Shown: positions 20,082 to 27,980 of the stretch, one piece after another
How the letters are laid out: every line of letters starts with the position of its first letter
Position numbering within the stretch: position 1 is the first letter of the stretch
Source: a virus
Lineage: Duplodnaviria > Caudoviricetes
Strand: one strand, 5' to 3'
Virus record (IMG/VR): IMGVR_UViG_3300008255_000015
Span: 1-51,492 of that record
DNA: 51,492 bases
Position numbers and translations under genes: made by a program
Notes under the pieces: model-generated
Database searches by the model: none
What the model saw: the letters and a program-made list of their open reading frames with translations, nothing else
Told to the model about the DNA's origin: nothing

Positions 20082-20879
20082 TTATGCCGCCAATCCAACG
20101 AGTACATGAGCAGCTCCTACTCCGGTTCCGCTAACCTGGAGATCTGGTTGTTGAAGTCGAAACGAGGCTGAAGAATCGCTGGGTAATACTGCAGCATTAG
20201 CGTAGTGACCAGCGTAGAACGACATATCGGTGCCGCTGATTGTGTTCACGCCGGTCAACCGGTCGTATGATGTATCGACATCCGATACCGCCCCGTCATC
20301 TCCAACGAACAAGATCCGGTACTGCTGCCAATCTGTGCCATCCTCGATGGGGAGAGCTGGAGCTGTAACTAGGGCCTGTGACCCGTCTACCCCCCACTCA
20401 TCGTTGTCACCGAAAGTATAAGCAACCCCTGGAATTATGGCTGCTGCAATGTCTGGACAGTAAACATTGATCTCTGCCTCGGAGTAGAACACCACCGACT
20501 GGAAAACCGTGTTGACTGTGCCGCCCTCTATGCTTATCCCCAGCGAAGGGTTATTTGTACCATCGTAAGTGTACTTCCCAACCCCTACGCACCAGAAGGT
20601 AGTTCCATCATTGGCCTCGGCATAGTTGATGACTTCCATGCCGTTAGTTGGAGCAAACGCGTATGGCCCACCCGTGGTAAAGGCCTCAGCAGCAAAGAAA
20701 ACCATGCCCTGGTGGCCGGCAGTCTCACCCCAGTTAACAGGGTTAAGTGTACCCGCTCCACTGTTATTGCCCAGGTAAGTAGGCCTTCCAGCGGAGAGAT
20801 AAACGGGTCCCCCACCCCCTCCTGCTCCATAAGCTGCAGCGGGGCGAATACCCATGTCGTATGCAAGCCTCTGGCCCAT
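20082..20879 (-). CDS. Hypothetical, virion-protein-like
   Basis: AAGGAG RBS; G/A/T-rich beta-type composition. Confidence 0.65.
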   Translation of the reverse strand: MGQRLAYDMGIRPAAAYGAGGGGGPVYLSAGRPTYLGNNSGAGTLNPVNWGETAGHQGMVFFAAEAFTTGGPYAFAPTNGMEVINYAEANDGTTFWCVGVGKYTYDGTNNPSLGISIEGGTVNTVFQSVVFYSEAEINVYCPDIAAAIIPGVAYTFGDNDEWGVDGSQALVTAPALPIEDGTDWQQYRILFVGDDGAVSDVDTSYDRLTGVNTISGTDMSFYAGHYANAAVLPSDSSASFRLQQPDLQVSGTGVGAAHVLVGLAA

Positions 20880-20887
20880 GTTTCTCC

Positions 20888-21262
20888 TTAGAAGACTGTA
20901 GCAGGCCCGTCGGGTAGCGTGACTACCAAGTACTGGAAACCCTCGATGCGATGTTCCATGTCGCCCTTGCTAGGGCCCACATGACCGGAAGGGTGTGTAT
21001 GCCACACCATGAAATGCTCGCGTGAGAGGCTATTCGGGTCAACCCCAGACCTCTCAATGTACGCCGCAATGGCGTCGACCAGATCCTCAGCATCGATGAC
21101 GAAGGCATCTTCTTTGCTAGTCGGGTGGCAGTTCGGCAACTCTACCACCTGTAGATCAGGTGTTATGATCCCGCATGCTTCAGCTGGAAGAGCTTCCATC
21201 CCCAAGCTAAGGATCTGGTCAACGATCTCGGGGCTGGGCCATGCCTTGTTCAGCGAATGCAA
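20888..21262 (-). CDS. JAB/MPN (Mov34) metalloprotease
   Basis: EACG plus WHTHPSGHVGPSKGD JAMM motif. Confidence 0.88.
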   Translation of the reverse strand: MHSLNKAWPSPEIVDQILSLGMEALPAEACGIITPDLQVVELPNCHPTSKEDAFVIDAEDLVDAIAAYIERSGVDPNSLSREHFMVWHTHPSGHVGPSKGDMEHRIEGFQYLVVTLPDGPATVF

Positions 21263-21536
21263 TTCCAGCCCCCTTCAACTCTTGTTCAACATAGGCCAGA
21301 TCATCCGGGGTGATGATACCCCGTCGAATCAAGGCCAGCCGAAGAACTGGATCTCCTCCGATGGCCGATTCGACCACCTGAGTCCTTTGTTCACTTGCCT
21401 CGGGCTCAGCCTGCTCAGCAGCGATAGCCTTCAGTGTATTGCCAGTTGAGGTGGTAGCAAATGCGTGCCGGAAGGGGTGGTTACTCCTCGGCTTACCACA
21501 TACGGTGCAGTACTCCTCATTCACTGGATCGCTCAT
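21219..21536 (-). CDS. Hypothetical protein with CxxC..H..H motif
   Basis: CTVCGKPRSNHPFRH; GGAGG RBS. Confidence 0.65.
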   Translation of the reverse strand: MSDPVNEEYCTVCGKPRSNHPFRHAFATTSTGNTLKAIAAEQAEPEASEQRTQVVESAIGGDPVLRLALIRRGIITPDDLAYVEQELKGAGIAFAEQGMAQPRDR

Positions 21537-22176
21537 CGTAGTCATCCTCCGCCTCCCAGGCTTTGGCTTCAATGAACCCTTGCGTCGGTGCAAAGCCTCC
21601 TGGGACTGAATTGTTTGGGTTTACCATGACTGTGCCAAGAAGCCCTTGCAGCTTGACTGAGATATCAGTCTCCACCCTCTGCTTGGGCTTGCCGATCACG
21701 TGTTCGATCAAGAACTTGGCAGCATCGAGCTTGGTGCCAGCCGCAACAATAGGCTTACCCCGCTCGTCTCTCTCATCGTCGTCGATGATGTTGCCGATCA
21801 GCTCAAGAGCAGCCACTGTGTGACCGTTCATCTCCGACTTGACAACTTCCTCGAACCGTCGGACAATCTGCTCATGAATTGCCCTGTCGATGTACTTCGG
21901 TGTGGCGCCCTTGAAAGAACCATCCTTTGCTCGAGGGCGGCCTCTCGCCAGCTCCTCGTGGTCCCATTCATCGAGCGGCTTGTAGAGCTGAGCAAGCTCC
22001 TCTTCACCGATCTTCATCTTACGCCGGGCCCTGGCACGGATCTGCTTCTTCGTCATGACGGTCGCCGGGCGCCCACCCTGTTCTTCAGGGAGTCTGCCTT
22101 GCTTGTCCATCATTGGTTTACCGTTCGGCTTCATCTCAGCCAAGCGCATGTCCATAACTACCGGGGTGGCACCCAT
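21517..22176 (-). CDS. Putative terminase small subunit
   Basis: First gene of late operon; KLDAAKFLIEHVIGKPKQRV helical motif. Confidence 0.6.
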   Translation of the reverse strand: MGATPVVMDMRLAEMKPNGKPMMDKQGRLPEEQGGRPATVMTKKQIRARARRKMKIGEEELAQLYKPLDEWDHEELARGRPRAKDGSFKGATPKYIDRAIHEQIVRRFEEVVKSEMNGHTVAALELIGNIIDDDERDERGKPIVAAGTKLDAAKFLIEHVIGKPKQRVETDISVKLQGLLGTVMVNPNNSVPGGFAPTQGFIEAKAWEAEDDYDERSSE

Positions 22177-22279
22177 GGAAGATCTCCTTCGTTGGGTCTT
22201 ACAGCGAAATGACCCGTCAGTGTGTCGCTGGGGTAGGGGAGGGGGAATCCCTTTGGCGACTCCTCAACGGATCATACTC

Positions 22280-22308
22280 AGTCTATCATCTTACGGGTGA
22301 TTTGTCAA
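22280..22308 (-). promoter_or_regulatory. Sigma-A-type promoter of packaging/structural operon
   Basis: TTGACA-17-TAGACT with extended TG. Confidence 0.75.
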
Positions 22309-22351
22309 GGAGCCACGGCCGGCAATATCGAGAATTCATTCTCGTCTACTG

Positions 22352-22576
22352 TCAGATCTTGCTCTTATACTTCTCCGAGACATATCGACCCGACTTGTAA
22401 CCAAGCGCCTGTGCGATCGAATCCCAAGCGATACCAACGTGTCTCGCCGCAGCTATCAAGTCTAGCCGATCCTCTTCAACATGAGCAAGCTCTTCAGCGT
22501 TTCGCTCCAGGGCTCGCAATAAACCCGCTCGTTGCTCTAGTTCTCGGGCGTTCGGCGCATCATTCACTCGAGGCAT
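22352..22576 (-). CDS. Small HTH protein
   Basis: IAAARHVGIAWDSIAQALGY. Confidence 0.7.
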   Translation of the reverse strand: MPRVNDAPNARELEQRAGLLRALERNAEELAHVEEDRLDLIAAARHVGIAWDSIAQALGYKSGRYVSEKYKSKI

Positions 22577-22640
22577 TCAGAATCACCTCTAGATAGCGCT
22601 AGGATTCGATTAGGGATGAGCGGATCGCTTCGATGCATGA

Positions 22641-23024
22641 TCATCGCCCAGGAAATACACCAATACATGGGATGAAACCTCTTGCCTCGACCAAGGAGAT
22701 CATGTGAGCAGTGCCCCGTGATTGCTCAAGCGGTTTATCAACAAAGGCAAAGACCTCGTCGTTCGGCATCAACATTGAGCACATTCTCGTGTTTCGTTTC
22801 GGCCCAGCAAGGTTGCCATATGTACCCCACTGAGCCCCCTCGATGTGCAGATCAATCTTGCGCTCGTACGCGTAGCGAGAGGCTAGCGAATCAGCACCAT
22901 GTGCTCCGCCATGGATGATCACTTCGGGGTGGCCCTTGATCGCCACCAAGCAGTCAAGTACGGACTTCATCTCGGCATACTGGTCGAAGGTTCGACTGCC
23001 GCAGACCAACATCTGGTAGCTCAT
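22641..23024 (-). CDS. SLOG-family (DUF2493/YspA-like) protein
   Basis: LVCGSR, IIHGGAHGADSLA, AGPKRN, SRGTAHMI motifs. Confidence 0.85.
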   Translation of the reverse strand: MSYQMLVCGSRTFDQYAEMKSVLDCLVAIKGHPEVIIHGGAHGADSLASRYAYERKIDLHIEGAQWGTYGNLAGPKRNTRMCSMLMPNDEVFAFVDKPLEQSRGTAHMISLVEARGFIPCIGVFPGR

Positions 23025-23425
23025 CCGATCTCCAGGTGATTCTGAGGCTGGCGCTTCACCATCTCGGCACCGCAGAAGCAGCACTTGGTAGGATGATCCT
23101 TCTGGCTCGACTGAGCAGCGCAGTAAGCGTCCATCGCCGTACAGTGGTGGCCCTCATTGCAGTGGTAGATGTCCCGGTCCTGGTTCTCATGGTCGTTGAT
23201 GTGGTGAGTCTGGCAGTGGATGCAAACTGGGATTCGTGTACCCTGGATGATCCTCATAGCAAGCCTTAGCCCGTTCGTCTCACCCTCCTGGCGATAGAAC
23301 TCAGGTGAGCCTCGACGGTGCACCACGTTTCGGCGATGCATCAAGATCTCGTCAATGTGCCGCACCAGCTCATCAGACTGGCCAGGAGTAAGGGAGGCCG
23401 GGAGGACAGGTGAAGAATTTGCCAT
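23021..23425 (-). CDS. Hypothetical Cys/His-rich protein
   Basis: CIHC, CCFCG; start uncertain. Confidence 0.55.
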   Translation of the reverse strand: MANSSPVLPASLTPGQSDELVRHIDEILMHRRNVVHRRGSPEFYRQEGETNGLRLAMRIIQGTRIPVCIHCQTHHINDHENQDRDIYHCNEGHHCTAMDAYCAAQSSQKDHPTKCCFCGAEMVKRQPQNHLEIG

Positions 23426-23939
23426 AGTAATCAGGGTCTTTCTGTAGTAGGTTCGATTGGTGGCTGGTGTGGAATTCCTCATCGCCTAGCCAGGGCGGAA
23501 GGGTGTACACCTTCGGATCGACCCCTCGCACGGTTAGCCCAGCAAGCCGAACATCCATGCTGAGGTCAGCAATCCTCTCGATCTTCAGTGAGCAGGTGTC
23601 ATTGTACCCTCGAGCAATCCACTCAGCGCAGATCGCAAGAGAGTAGTGGACCAGGGCAGCCTCATAGCCTTTCCACATCAGCACTGCAGGATGCCTCTGC
23701 CACCCAATCCCATGATAGTTTGGGTTCCACACCCAGATCGAGTCGTCGTATGCTCTGAAGGCCCAGGGGGCAGACGATACCTCCCCAGCCTCAAGATAAT
23801 CCAGCCGAGCATCGCTCTTGTGGATATCGGTCAGTGCCCCCAAGATCTGAAGGCACTCAACCCGCTGCTTGCCCAACCTTCTCTGGTCAAGTACTCGGGC
23901 GGATTTCTTGAAGCTGTCGTACGGGAGGAACGTCTGCAC
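23373..23939 (-). CDS. Pyrimidine-dimer glycosylase/EndoV-fold protein (MSMEG_6728-like)
   Basis: MQTFLPY..LD.RRLGKQRVE, HPAVLMW.GY, PPWLG...SHQSNLL.KDP.YY. Confidence 0.88.
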   Translation of the reverse strand: MQTFLPYDSFKKSARVLDQRRLGKQRVECLQILGALTDIHKSDARLDYLEAGEVSSAPWAFRAYDDSIWVWNPNYHGIGWQRHPAVLMWKGYEAALVHYSLAICAEWIARGYNDTCSLKIERIADLSMDVRLAGLTVRGVDPKVYTLPPWLGDEEFHTSHQSNLLQKDPDYYGKFFTCPPGLPYSWPV

Positions 23940-23940
23940 C

Positions 23941-24018
23941 CTATTTGCCCCAGTTCTTTATCACGAATAACGCAGTTATGCCGGCTATGATCAAGGCCAG
24001 CGGAATCGGATCGATCAC
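23941..24018 (-). CDS. 25-aa membrane peptide
   Basis: GTGA coupling; MIDPIPLALIIAGITALFVIKNWGK. Confidence 0.5.
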   Translation of the reverse strand: MIDPIPLALIIAGITALFVIKNWGK

Positions 24019-24149
24019 AGCGCCCAGATAACCAGGGCCGCTCCCGCTAGGATCATCGTCACCGAGAAGGCGATAACGACGGTCGCAGCCAGGAAGACTG
24101 TCCATCGAGGATACTTGTCGATGCGGGAAGGCGGGTCCCATTCACCCAT
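24015..24149 (-). CDS. 44-aa membrane peptide (not in ORF track)
   Basis: GGAGG RBS; MGEWDPPSRIDKYPRWTVFLAATVVIAFSVTMILAGAALVIWAL. Confidence 0.6.
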   Translation of the reverse strand: MGEWDPPSRIDKYPRWTVFLAATVVIAFSVTMILAGAALVIWAL

Positions 24150-24357
24150 TGTCGAATACCTCCACTTCGTCCTCCTCCTCATCAAGCCCCAGGGCTGAGA
24201 TCAACAGCTCAGGCTCGATCGATGTCACGGTGATGTAGTTATCGGCGTAGGCCCTGTGCTTCCGAAGGATGTCCCTCCGGTCTTGAGCCCCTTTCTGAGA
24301 TGTGAACACCTCGGGCTCGAGGCCATAGGCCCTCGTGTAAAGGAACCAGAACTTCAT
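24142..24357 (-). CDS. Hypothetical protein
   Basis: TGATG coupling, GGAGG RBS. Confidence 0.65.
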   Translation of the reverse strand: MKFWFLYTRAYGLEPEVFTSQKGAQDRRDILRKHRAYADNYITVTSIEPELLISALGLDEEEDEVEVFDNG

Positions 24358-25070
24358 CAGCCCCTCCTAGTCGCCATCGTCAAGCCCGTGCCCGCCAGGA
24401 GCAGCAGTCCGGCGATCAGCGCCATCGTCAGATTCGACCCGGTCTCGGGGAGAGACTGAGGCGGGAGTGATGACGGTGTAGTGACTGAGGTCGCAGGCGG
24501 AAGGGAAGTGGCAATAGTCGTCGGCACTGAAGTAGTAGGACCAACCGTCGTACTCGGTTCGGTGGAAGTGGAGGGTGGAGCTGTCGTGCTCGTGTCCACT
24601 ACCGTCGTCGTCGTCGTCGTCTCCGGTTGAGTCGTCGTTGTCGTCTCCTCTGGCTCTGTGGTCGTCGTTGTCGTGGTCGACGATGTGGTCGTCGTGGTCT
24701 CTCCGTGCTTGCACTTCATCACCCAACTGTGTGGCGCCTCGTAAGGCTTCTGGTTGTTCGGATTGATTGCTCCAGTGGCTTGGAATGCTCCCGTGCTTGT
24801 CAAGTCAGGGTAGACCTTGACAACGGATGAGCCATCCTTGATCACGGCAGCATCGTACTCAGCTGGAATCCAGCCATTGTGGTCGCTGTACTTCGTGCAA
24901 GTCCAGCCGAAGTTGTCCAGCCAGTAGCTGGTCTTGTTCATATCGGACGACCAGGCAGTCTCGTAGCTGGCCGGAGCAGCAGACGCGGGAGCGACGCTGT
25001 AGGCAAGCCAGAGAACAAGCATGGCGGCCAGCAGTGAGCACGTGGTCACCGCTTTGATTACCGTCTTCAT
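24357..25070 (-). CDS. LPXTG cell-wall-anchored protein
   Basis: Signal peptide (ASA-AP), Thr/Ser/Pro linker, LPETG, TM helix, RRG tail. Confidence 0.9.
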   Translation of the reverse strand: MKTVIKAVTTCSLLAAMLVLWLAYSVAPASAAPASYETAWSSDMNKTSYWLDNFGWTCTKYSDHNGWIPAEYDAAVIKDGSSVVKVYPDLTSTGAFQATGAINPNNQKPYEAPHSWVMKCKHGETTTTTSSTTTTTTTEPEETTTTTQPETTTTTTVVDTSTTAPPSTSTEPSTTVGPTTSVPTTIATSLPPATSVTTPSSLPPQSLPETGSNLTMALIAGLLLLAGTGLTMATRRG

Positions 25071-25330
25071 GTTTCCTCAGTTTCTGCTGGGTCGGGTTCT
25101 GGAATACGAAAGCTAGAGCCCAGCGCCTCTAGCATATCGTTCTTGGACAAGACCGAGCGGATTGGCTTAGTGGAAGCCATCGTCCCGATCTCGTACGAAT
25201 AGGTGGGATAGGTAGGGCAGGCGGCAACGTGACGGGCCACACCCTCTCGCCAGTCATCGAGGGCGATCGTCACCCAGCCGGTGCAGTAGGTGCACTGGAC
25301 TTTAAGGGTGGCAGGCTCAGGCGTCGTCAT
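25067..25330 (-). CDS. Hypothetical protein
   Basis: ATGA coupling; CTYC...H..C. Confidence 0.6.
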   Translation of the reverse strand: MTTPEPATLKVQCTYCTGWVTIALDDWREGVARHVAACPTYPTYSYEIGTMASTKPIRSVLSKNDMLEALGSSFRIPEPDPAETEET

Positions 25331-25671
25331 GAGGAGCTCCTCGAATTGCCGGCGAAGAACATCTCCCACTTGCGTCGGAGGTGAATCATGAGGTTGTACC
25401 TCTCCATGAACTCTCGGTCCGCTTTCTTGCACTTGTGCAGGCGGTAGACGGGACGACCGTCACCGGGGAGAGCCCCGATCTTGTAGTAGACAGTGCCCAT
25501 CGTAATCTTCCCCGTCCGGCCATCAACTTTGTCGATTGTGTAGCCGCATGTGTGGGGGAAATCATCCCAGCGGACAGATCGCCAGTTAGCCCAGCGATAG
25601 GCGGCGTGGAAGACCAGCTGGTCACATGCCCTGCATCGTGTCTCGGGCTCCTTAACCGTGGTGGTAGTCAT
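25327..25671 (-). CDS. Hypothetical Zn-binding protein
   Basis: GGAAAGGGGCA RBS after promoter; CRAC...H.C. Confidence 0.7.
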   Translation of the reverse strand: MTTTTVKEPETRCRACDQLVFHAAYRWANWRSVRWDDFPHTCGYTIDKVDGRTGKITMGTVYYKIGALPGDGRPVYRLHKCKKADREFMERYNLMIHLRRKWEMFFAGNSRSSS

Positions 25672-25699
25672 GCTTTAGTTTGCCCCTTTCCATAGCATA

Positions 25700-25728
25700 A
25701 TGCTATAAGACGGGGGTCCTTGTGTCAA
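25700..25728 (-). promoter_or_regulatory. Sigma-A-type promoter
   Basis: TTGACA-17-TAGCAT. Confidence 0.75.
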
Positions 25729-26043
25729 ATGACTCATTCTCGCTTGAACACCTGGGGGGTTCATCGCTGCTCGCTCGGGAGAAGCTGGTTCAGGTAGAGG
25801 TGCTGGATGTCCACTTGGGGATGCTGGGCATTTTCTCGGCCGAGTTGAAGGTTCGTCAGGAGAGGGACGTGGTTAACAAAGTGGGGGGAGTCTCGTCTAG
25901 ATCGCGCGTGGAACGGTGCGGTGTGCTGCAGAGGGGAGGGGTCAATCTTGCCGACCGGGGGGGTTGGAGGCAGTTTCCGGCGAGGGCGACGGCAGTCGAC
26001 TCGGCGATGGCGAGATGGATCAACGAGACGGAGGTCATCGACA

Positions 26044-26075
26044 CGACAATGCCCCCGCAGTGGGGGGCAAAGTCG
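26044..26075 (-). terminator. Stem-loop after 26080..26355
   Basis: CGAC-TT-TGCCCCC/GGGGGCA-TT-GTCG. Confidence 0.6.
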
Positions 26076-26079
26076 CGGG

Positions 26080-26355
26080 TCAGTAATCGAGATCGATGCA
26101 GAGGTTAGGTCGCCCCTCCCAGGCAGAGGAGAAGAAGGTCCCGCCCATGCGGTCGCAATCATCGGCAGTGGCGGTGCCAACTTCGATCATGATCTGAGGC
26201 GGTGTGACATCGCATCCCGGGTATTCGCCGGGGGCGACTTCGATGATCGATCCAGAGCAGGCAGGCAGTGGAGCAGGGTCAGCAGCAGGCGGCGGGGCGC
26301 ATTGCCCAACGAGCAGCAGCAGGGGTGCGGCAGCGATGGCGAGTAGTGGGCTCAT
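26080..26355 (-). CDS. Small secreted or lipoprotein-like Cys-containing protein
   Basis: AAGGAG RBS; MSPLLAIAAAPLLLLVGQC then Pro-rich linker and 4 further Cys. Confidence 0.65.
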   Translation of the reverse strand: MSPLLAIAAAPLLLLVGQCAPPPAADPAPLPACSGSIIEVAPGEYPGCDVTPPQIMIEVGTATADDCDRMGGTFFSSAWEGRPNLCIDLDY

Positions 26356-26488
26356 GATGGGTTCTCCTTGGTGATGGTGGTGATGGTGGTTGGATTGGCG
26401 GGCAAGGGCGGCCACTCTGCGTGAGCAGCCTGCCAGAAGCGTCGGGCAATGCCCGGGTGCCGCAGGCAGAAGGCGATGCGGCGGGGCA

Positions 26489-26647
26489 TCAGCCCTGCTC
26501 GAGGATCAAGGCGAGCGCCCGGTCAAGGGCCTCGCGGTAGAGGGCTTCATCCTCGCGTGCGGCGATGCGCGTGTCATCGGCGTTCATCGGGAAGTTGGGC
26601 CGGAAGGGGGCGTTGGTCGGGTCGGGGGTGATGTCGTGATTGATCAT
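26489..26647 (-). CDS. Leaderless small protein (A1)
   Basis: ATG 6 nt after -10; MINHDITPDPTNAPFRPNF... Confidence 0.7.
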   Translation of the reverse strand: MINHDITPDPTNAPFRPNFPMNADDTRIAAREDEALYREALDRALALILEQG

Positions 26648-26653
26648 GCAGTC

Positions 26654-26682
26654 ATTATGCGCGTCCGCCCCTGCCGAGTCAA
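26654..26682 (-). promoter_or_regulatory. Sigma-A-type promoter
   Basis: TTGACT-17-CATAAT. Confidence 0.8.
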
Positions 26683-26696
26683 GGATCGGGGCACAG

Positions 26697-27156
26697 CCTT
26701 GACGTAGCCTTGACAATTCGCCCCCTGCCGAAGAGGCGCCCTCGAGCGCCCCCCGTCATTGCCCCCTCATTTGCCGCGTGCGCCGGGCGACCCCCTTTGT
26801 GGGGTTGATCCTATTAGGCGTCCTCGGCCCGCCGCGGCCTGACGCCGTGCACGGGGCAATCGCCGCCGTTTCGGAGCGTGCGGTTCGGCGTTGTGTCACG
26901 GTTGCGGACAGTTCCGGTTTGTCAAGGCTTCGTTAAGGTTGCCGTTTCGCCTTGACTTTCCGCCCGACGACGTCGGCTCGTCGTGGCGATTCTGGCGCCG
27001 AGCGTGCCAAAGAAAGTCCTTGACTTTCGCCCGGATGACGTGGGCTCGTCGTGTCAAGGATTCGTCAAGGTTGGACCGAACGCCTTGACTTTGTCGAGTT
27101 GGCCGTCGGCTCGTCGTATTGCCGCCTCGAGTGCCAATGTCAAGGCTTGATCAAGG
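26697..27156. repeat. Array of GTCAAGG/CCTTGAC motifs including three 35-bp units
   Basis: 11-bp-spaced pairs at 26697/26708, 26921/26932, 27053/27064, 27139/27150; 35-bp units at 26950, 27018, 27083. Confidence 0.85.
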
Positions 27157-27169
27157 CTCGCCGATTTCA

Positions 27170-27198
27170 TTGACTTCGTCGACGGCGTTTGGCATAAT
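27170..27198 (+). promoter_or_regulatory. Sigma-A-type promoter
   Basis: TTGACT-17-CATAAT followed by ATGATCAATACCGATCAT. Confidence 0.8.
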
Positions 27199-27240
27199 AG
27201 AAGCATGATCAATACCGATCATATGACGAAAGGAAATGAC

Positions 27241-27471
27241 ATGACCAAGGCCAATGACTCCACCACCACCCCCGACGCGATCACGCCGAAGGCCCTCGCC
27301 TCCGAGCTGGGAATCTCGCCGAAGGCCCTCCGCCGGGTCCTCCGCTCGATGACCGACGACCGCGCCGGCAAGGGCGGGACCTGGAAGCTCGATGACGCGA
27401 CCGCCGACGCGATCCGCGCTCGCATCGCCGAGGGGGTGCGCCGCTCGACGACCCCGACGCTCAAGGGCTGA
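27241..27471 (+). CDS. Small HTH DNA-binding protein (B1); alternative in-frame leaderless start at 27205
   Basis: ITPKALASELGISPKALRRVLRS; GAAAGGA RBS; near-total GC3. Confidence 0.85.
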   Translation: MTKANDSTTTPDAITPKALASELGISPKALRRVLRSMTDDRAGKGGTWKLDDATADAIRARIAEGVRRSTTPTLKG

Positions 27472-27484
27472 CCGCCTGCCAAAT

Positions 27485-27514
27485 CCTCGCCCCCTCCGGG
27501 GGGCGGGGCTCTTT
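27485..27514 (+). terminator. Intrinsic terminator
   Basis: CCTCGCCCCC-TCCG-GGGGGCGGGG then CTCTTT. Confidence 0.75.
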
Positions 27515-27737
27515 GGCGTGCGCCGTGCCAATTGATTCCGGCCGGATCCGTGCCAGAACCGCCCCGGGCGATCGCCCACACAGTCAAGGAAGCGTCAAGG
27601 CGTCAGGGGGCGCCAAACGGCCGTTTGCGGCGAGCCACCCCTTTCCTGGGGTTGATCCTATCGGGAGCGTTCGGGCTGGTCGCGTACGAGGCAGCTGACG
27701 GGGCACTCACGGCAACGAGCCCCGACGGGAGAGCAAG

Positions 27738-27769
27738 TTATCAACAGGGTGTTGACAACCTGTGCATAA
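27738..27769. promoter_or_regulatory. Three clustered DnaA-box-like 9-mers
   Basis: TTATCAACA (+), TTGTCAACA (-), TTATGCACA (-) versus TT(A/G)TNCACA. Confidence 0.65.
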
Positions 27770-27776
27770 CTCGGAC

Positions 27777-27821
27777 CGAACGTGTGTTCGGGTTGCCGCC
27801 GGTCGAGCGAACGTGTGTTCG
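27777..27821. promoter_or_regulatory. Two identical Gram-positive-type LexA (SOS) boxes
   Basis: CGAACGTGTGTTCG at 27777-27790 and 27808-27821 = CGAAC-N4-GTTCG. Confidence 0.75.
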
Positions 27822-27940
27822 GTTGCGGACGGTTCCGGCTAGAGCCGGACGGTTGCGGCTGGATGGGTGTTGCGTCCGGTCTAGCTTCCTAGGTTTTTGC
27901 GGCTTCCTAGGTTTCCGGCGTTCGCGGCTTCCTAATACAC

Positions 27941-27973
27941 GCAACTGCCCCCGGGTTTCCCCGGGAGCGTTGC
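27941..27973 (-). terminator. Stem-loop after B2
   Basis: GCAACGCTCCCGGG-GAAA-CCCGGGGGCAGTTGC. Confidence 0.7.
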
Positions 27974-27980
27974 AGGAAGT

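Noticed and set aside
568-25700. Long plus-strand ORFs opposite structural genes (e.g. 13717..14520, 15125..15904, 17772..18539)
   Set aside because: Antisense shadows of GC3-biased genes with no RBS or motifs
26356-26415. Poly-His N-terminal extension
   Set aside because: Lies upstream of the AAGGAG RBS and the likely start at 26355; probably untranslated leader
26950-27117. CRISPR mini-array
   Set aside because: Units are internally variable, intervening sequences share motifs, and there is no cas operon; the Cas4-like gene sits in a recombination module
26995-27556. Sigma-54 promoters or CIRCE (TGGCAC repeats on minus strand)
   Set aside because: No TTGC -12 element and no second CIRCE arm; GG-N10-GC is likely by chance in GC-rich DNA
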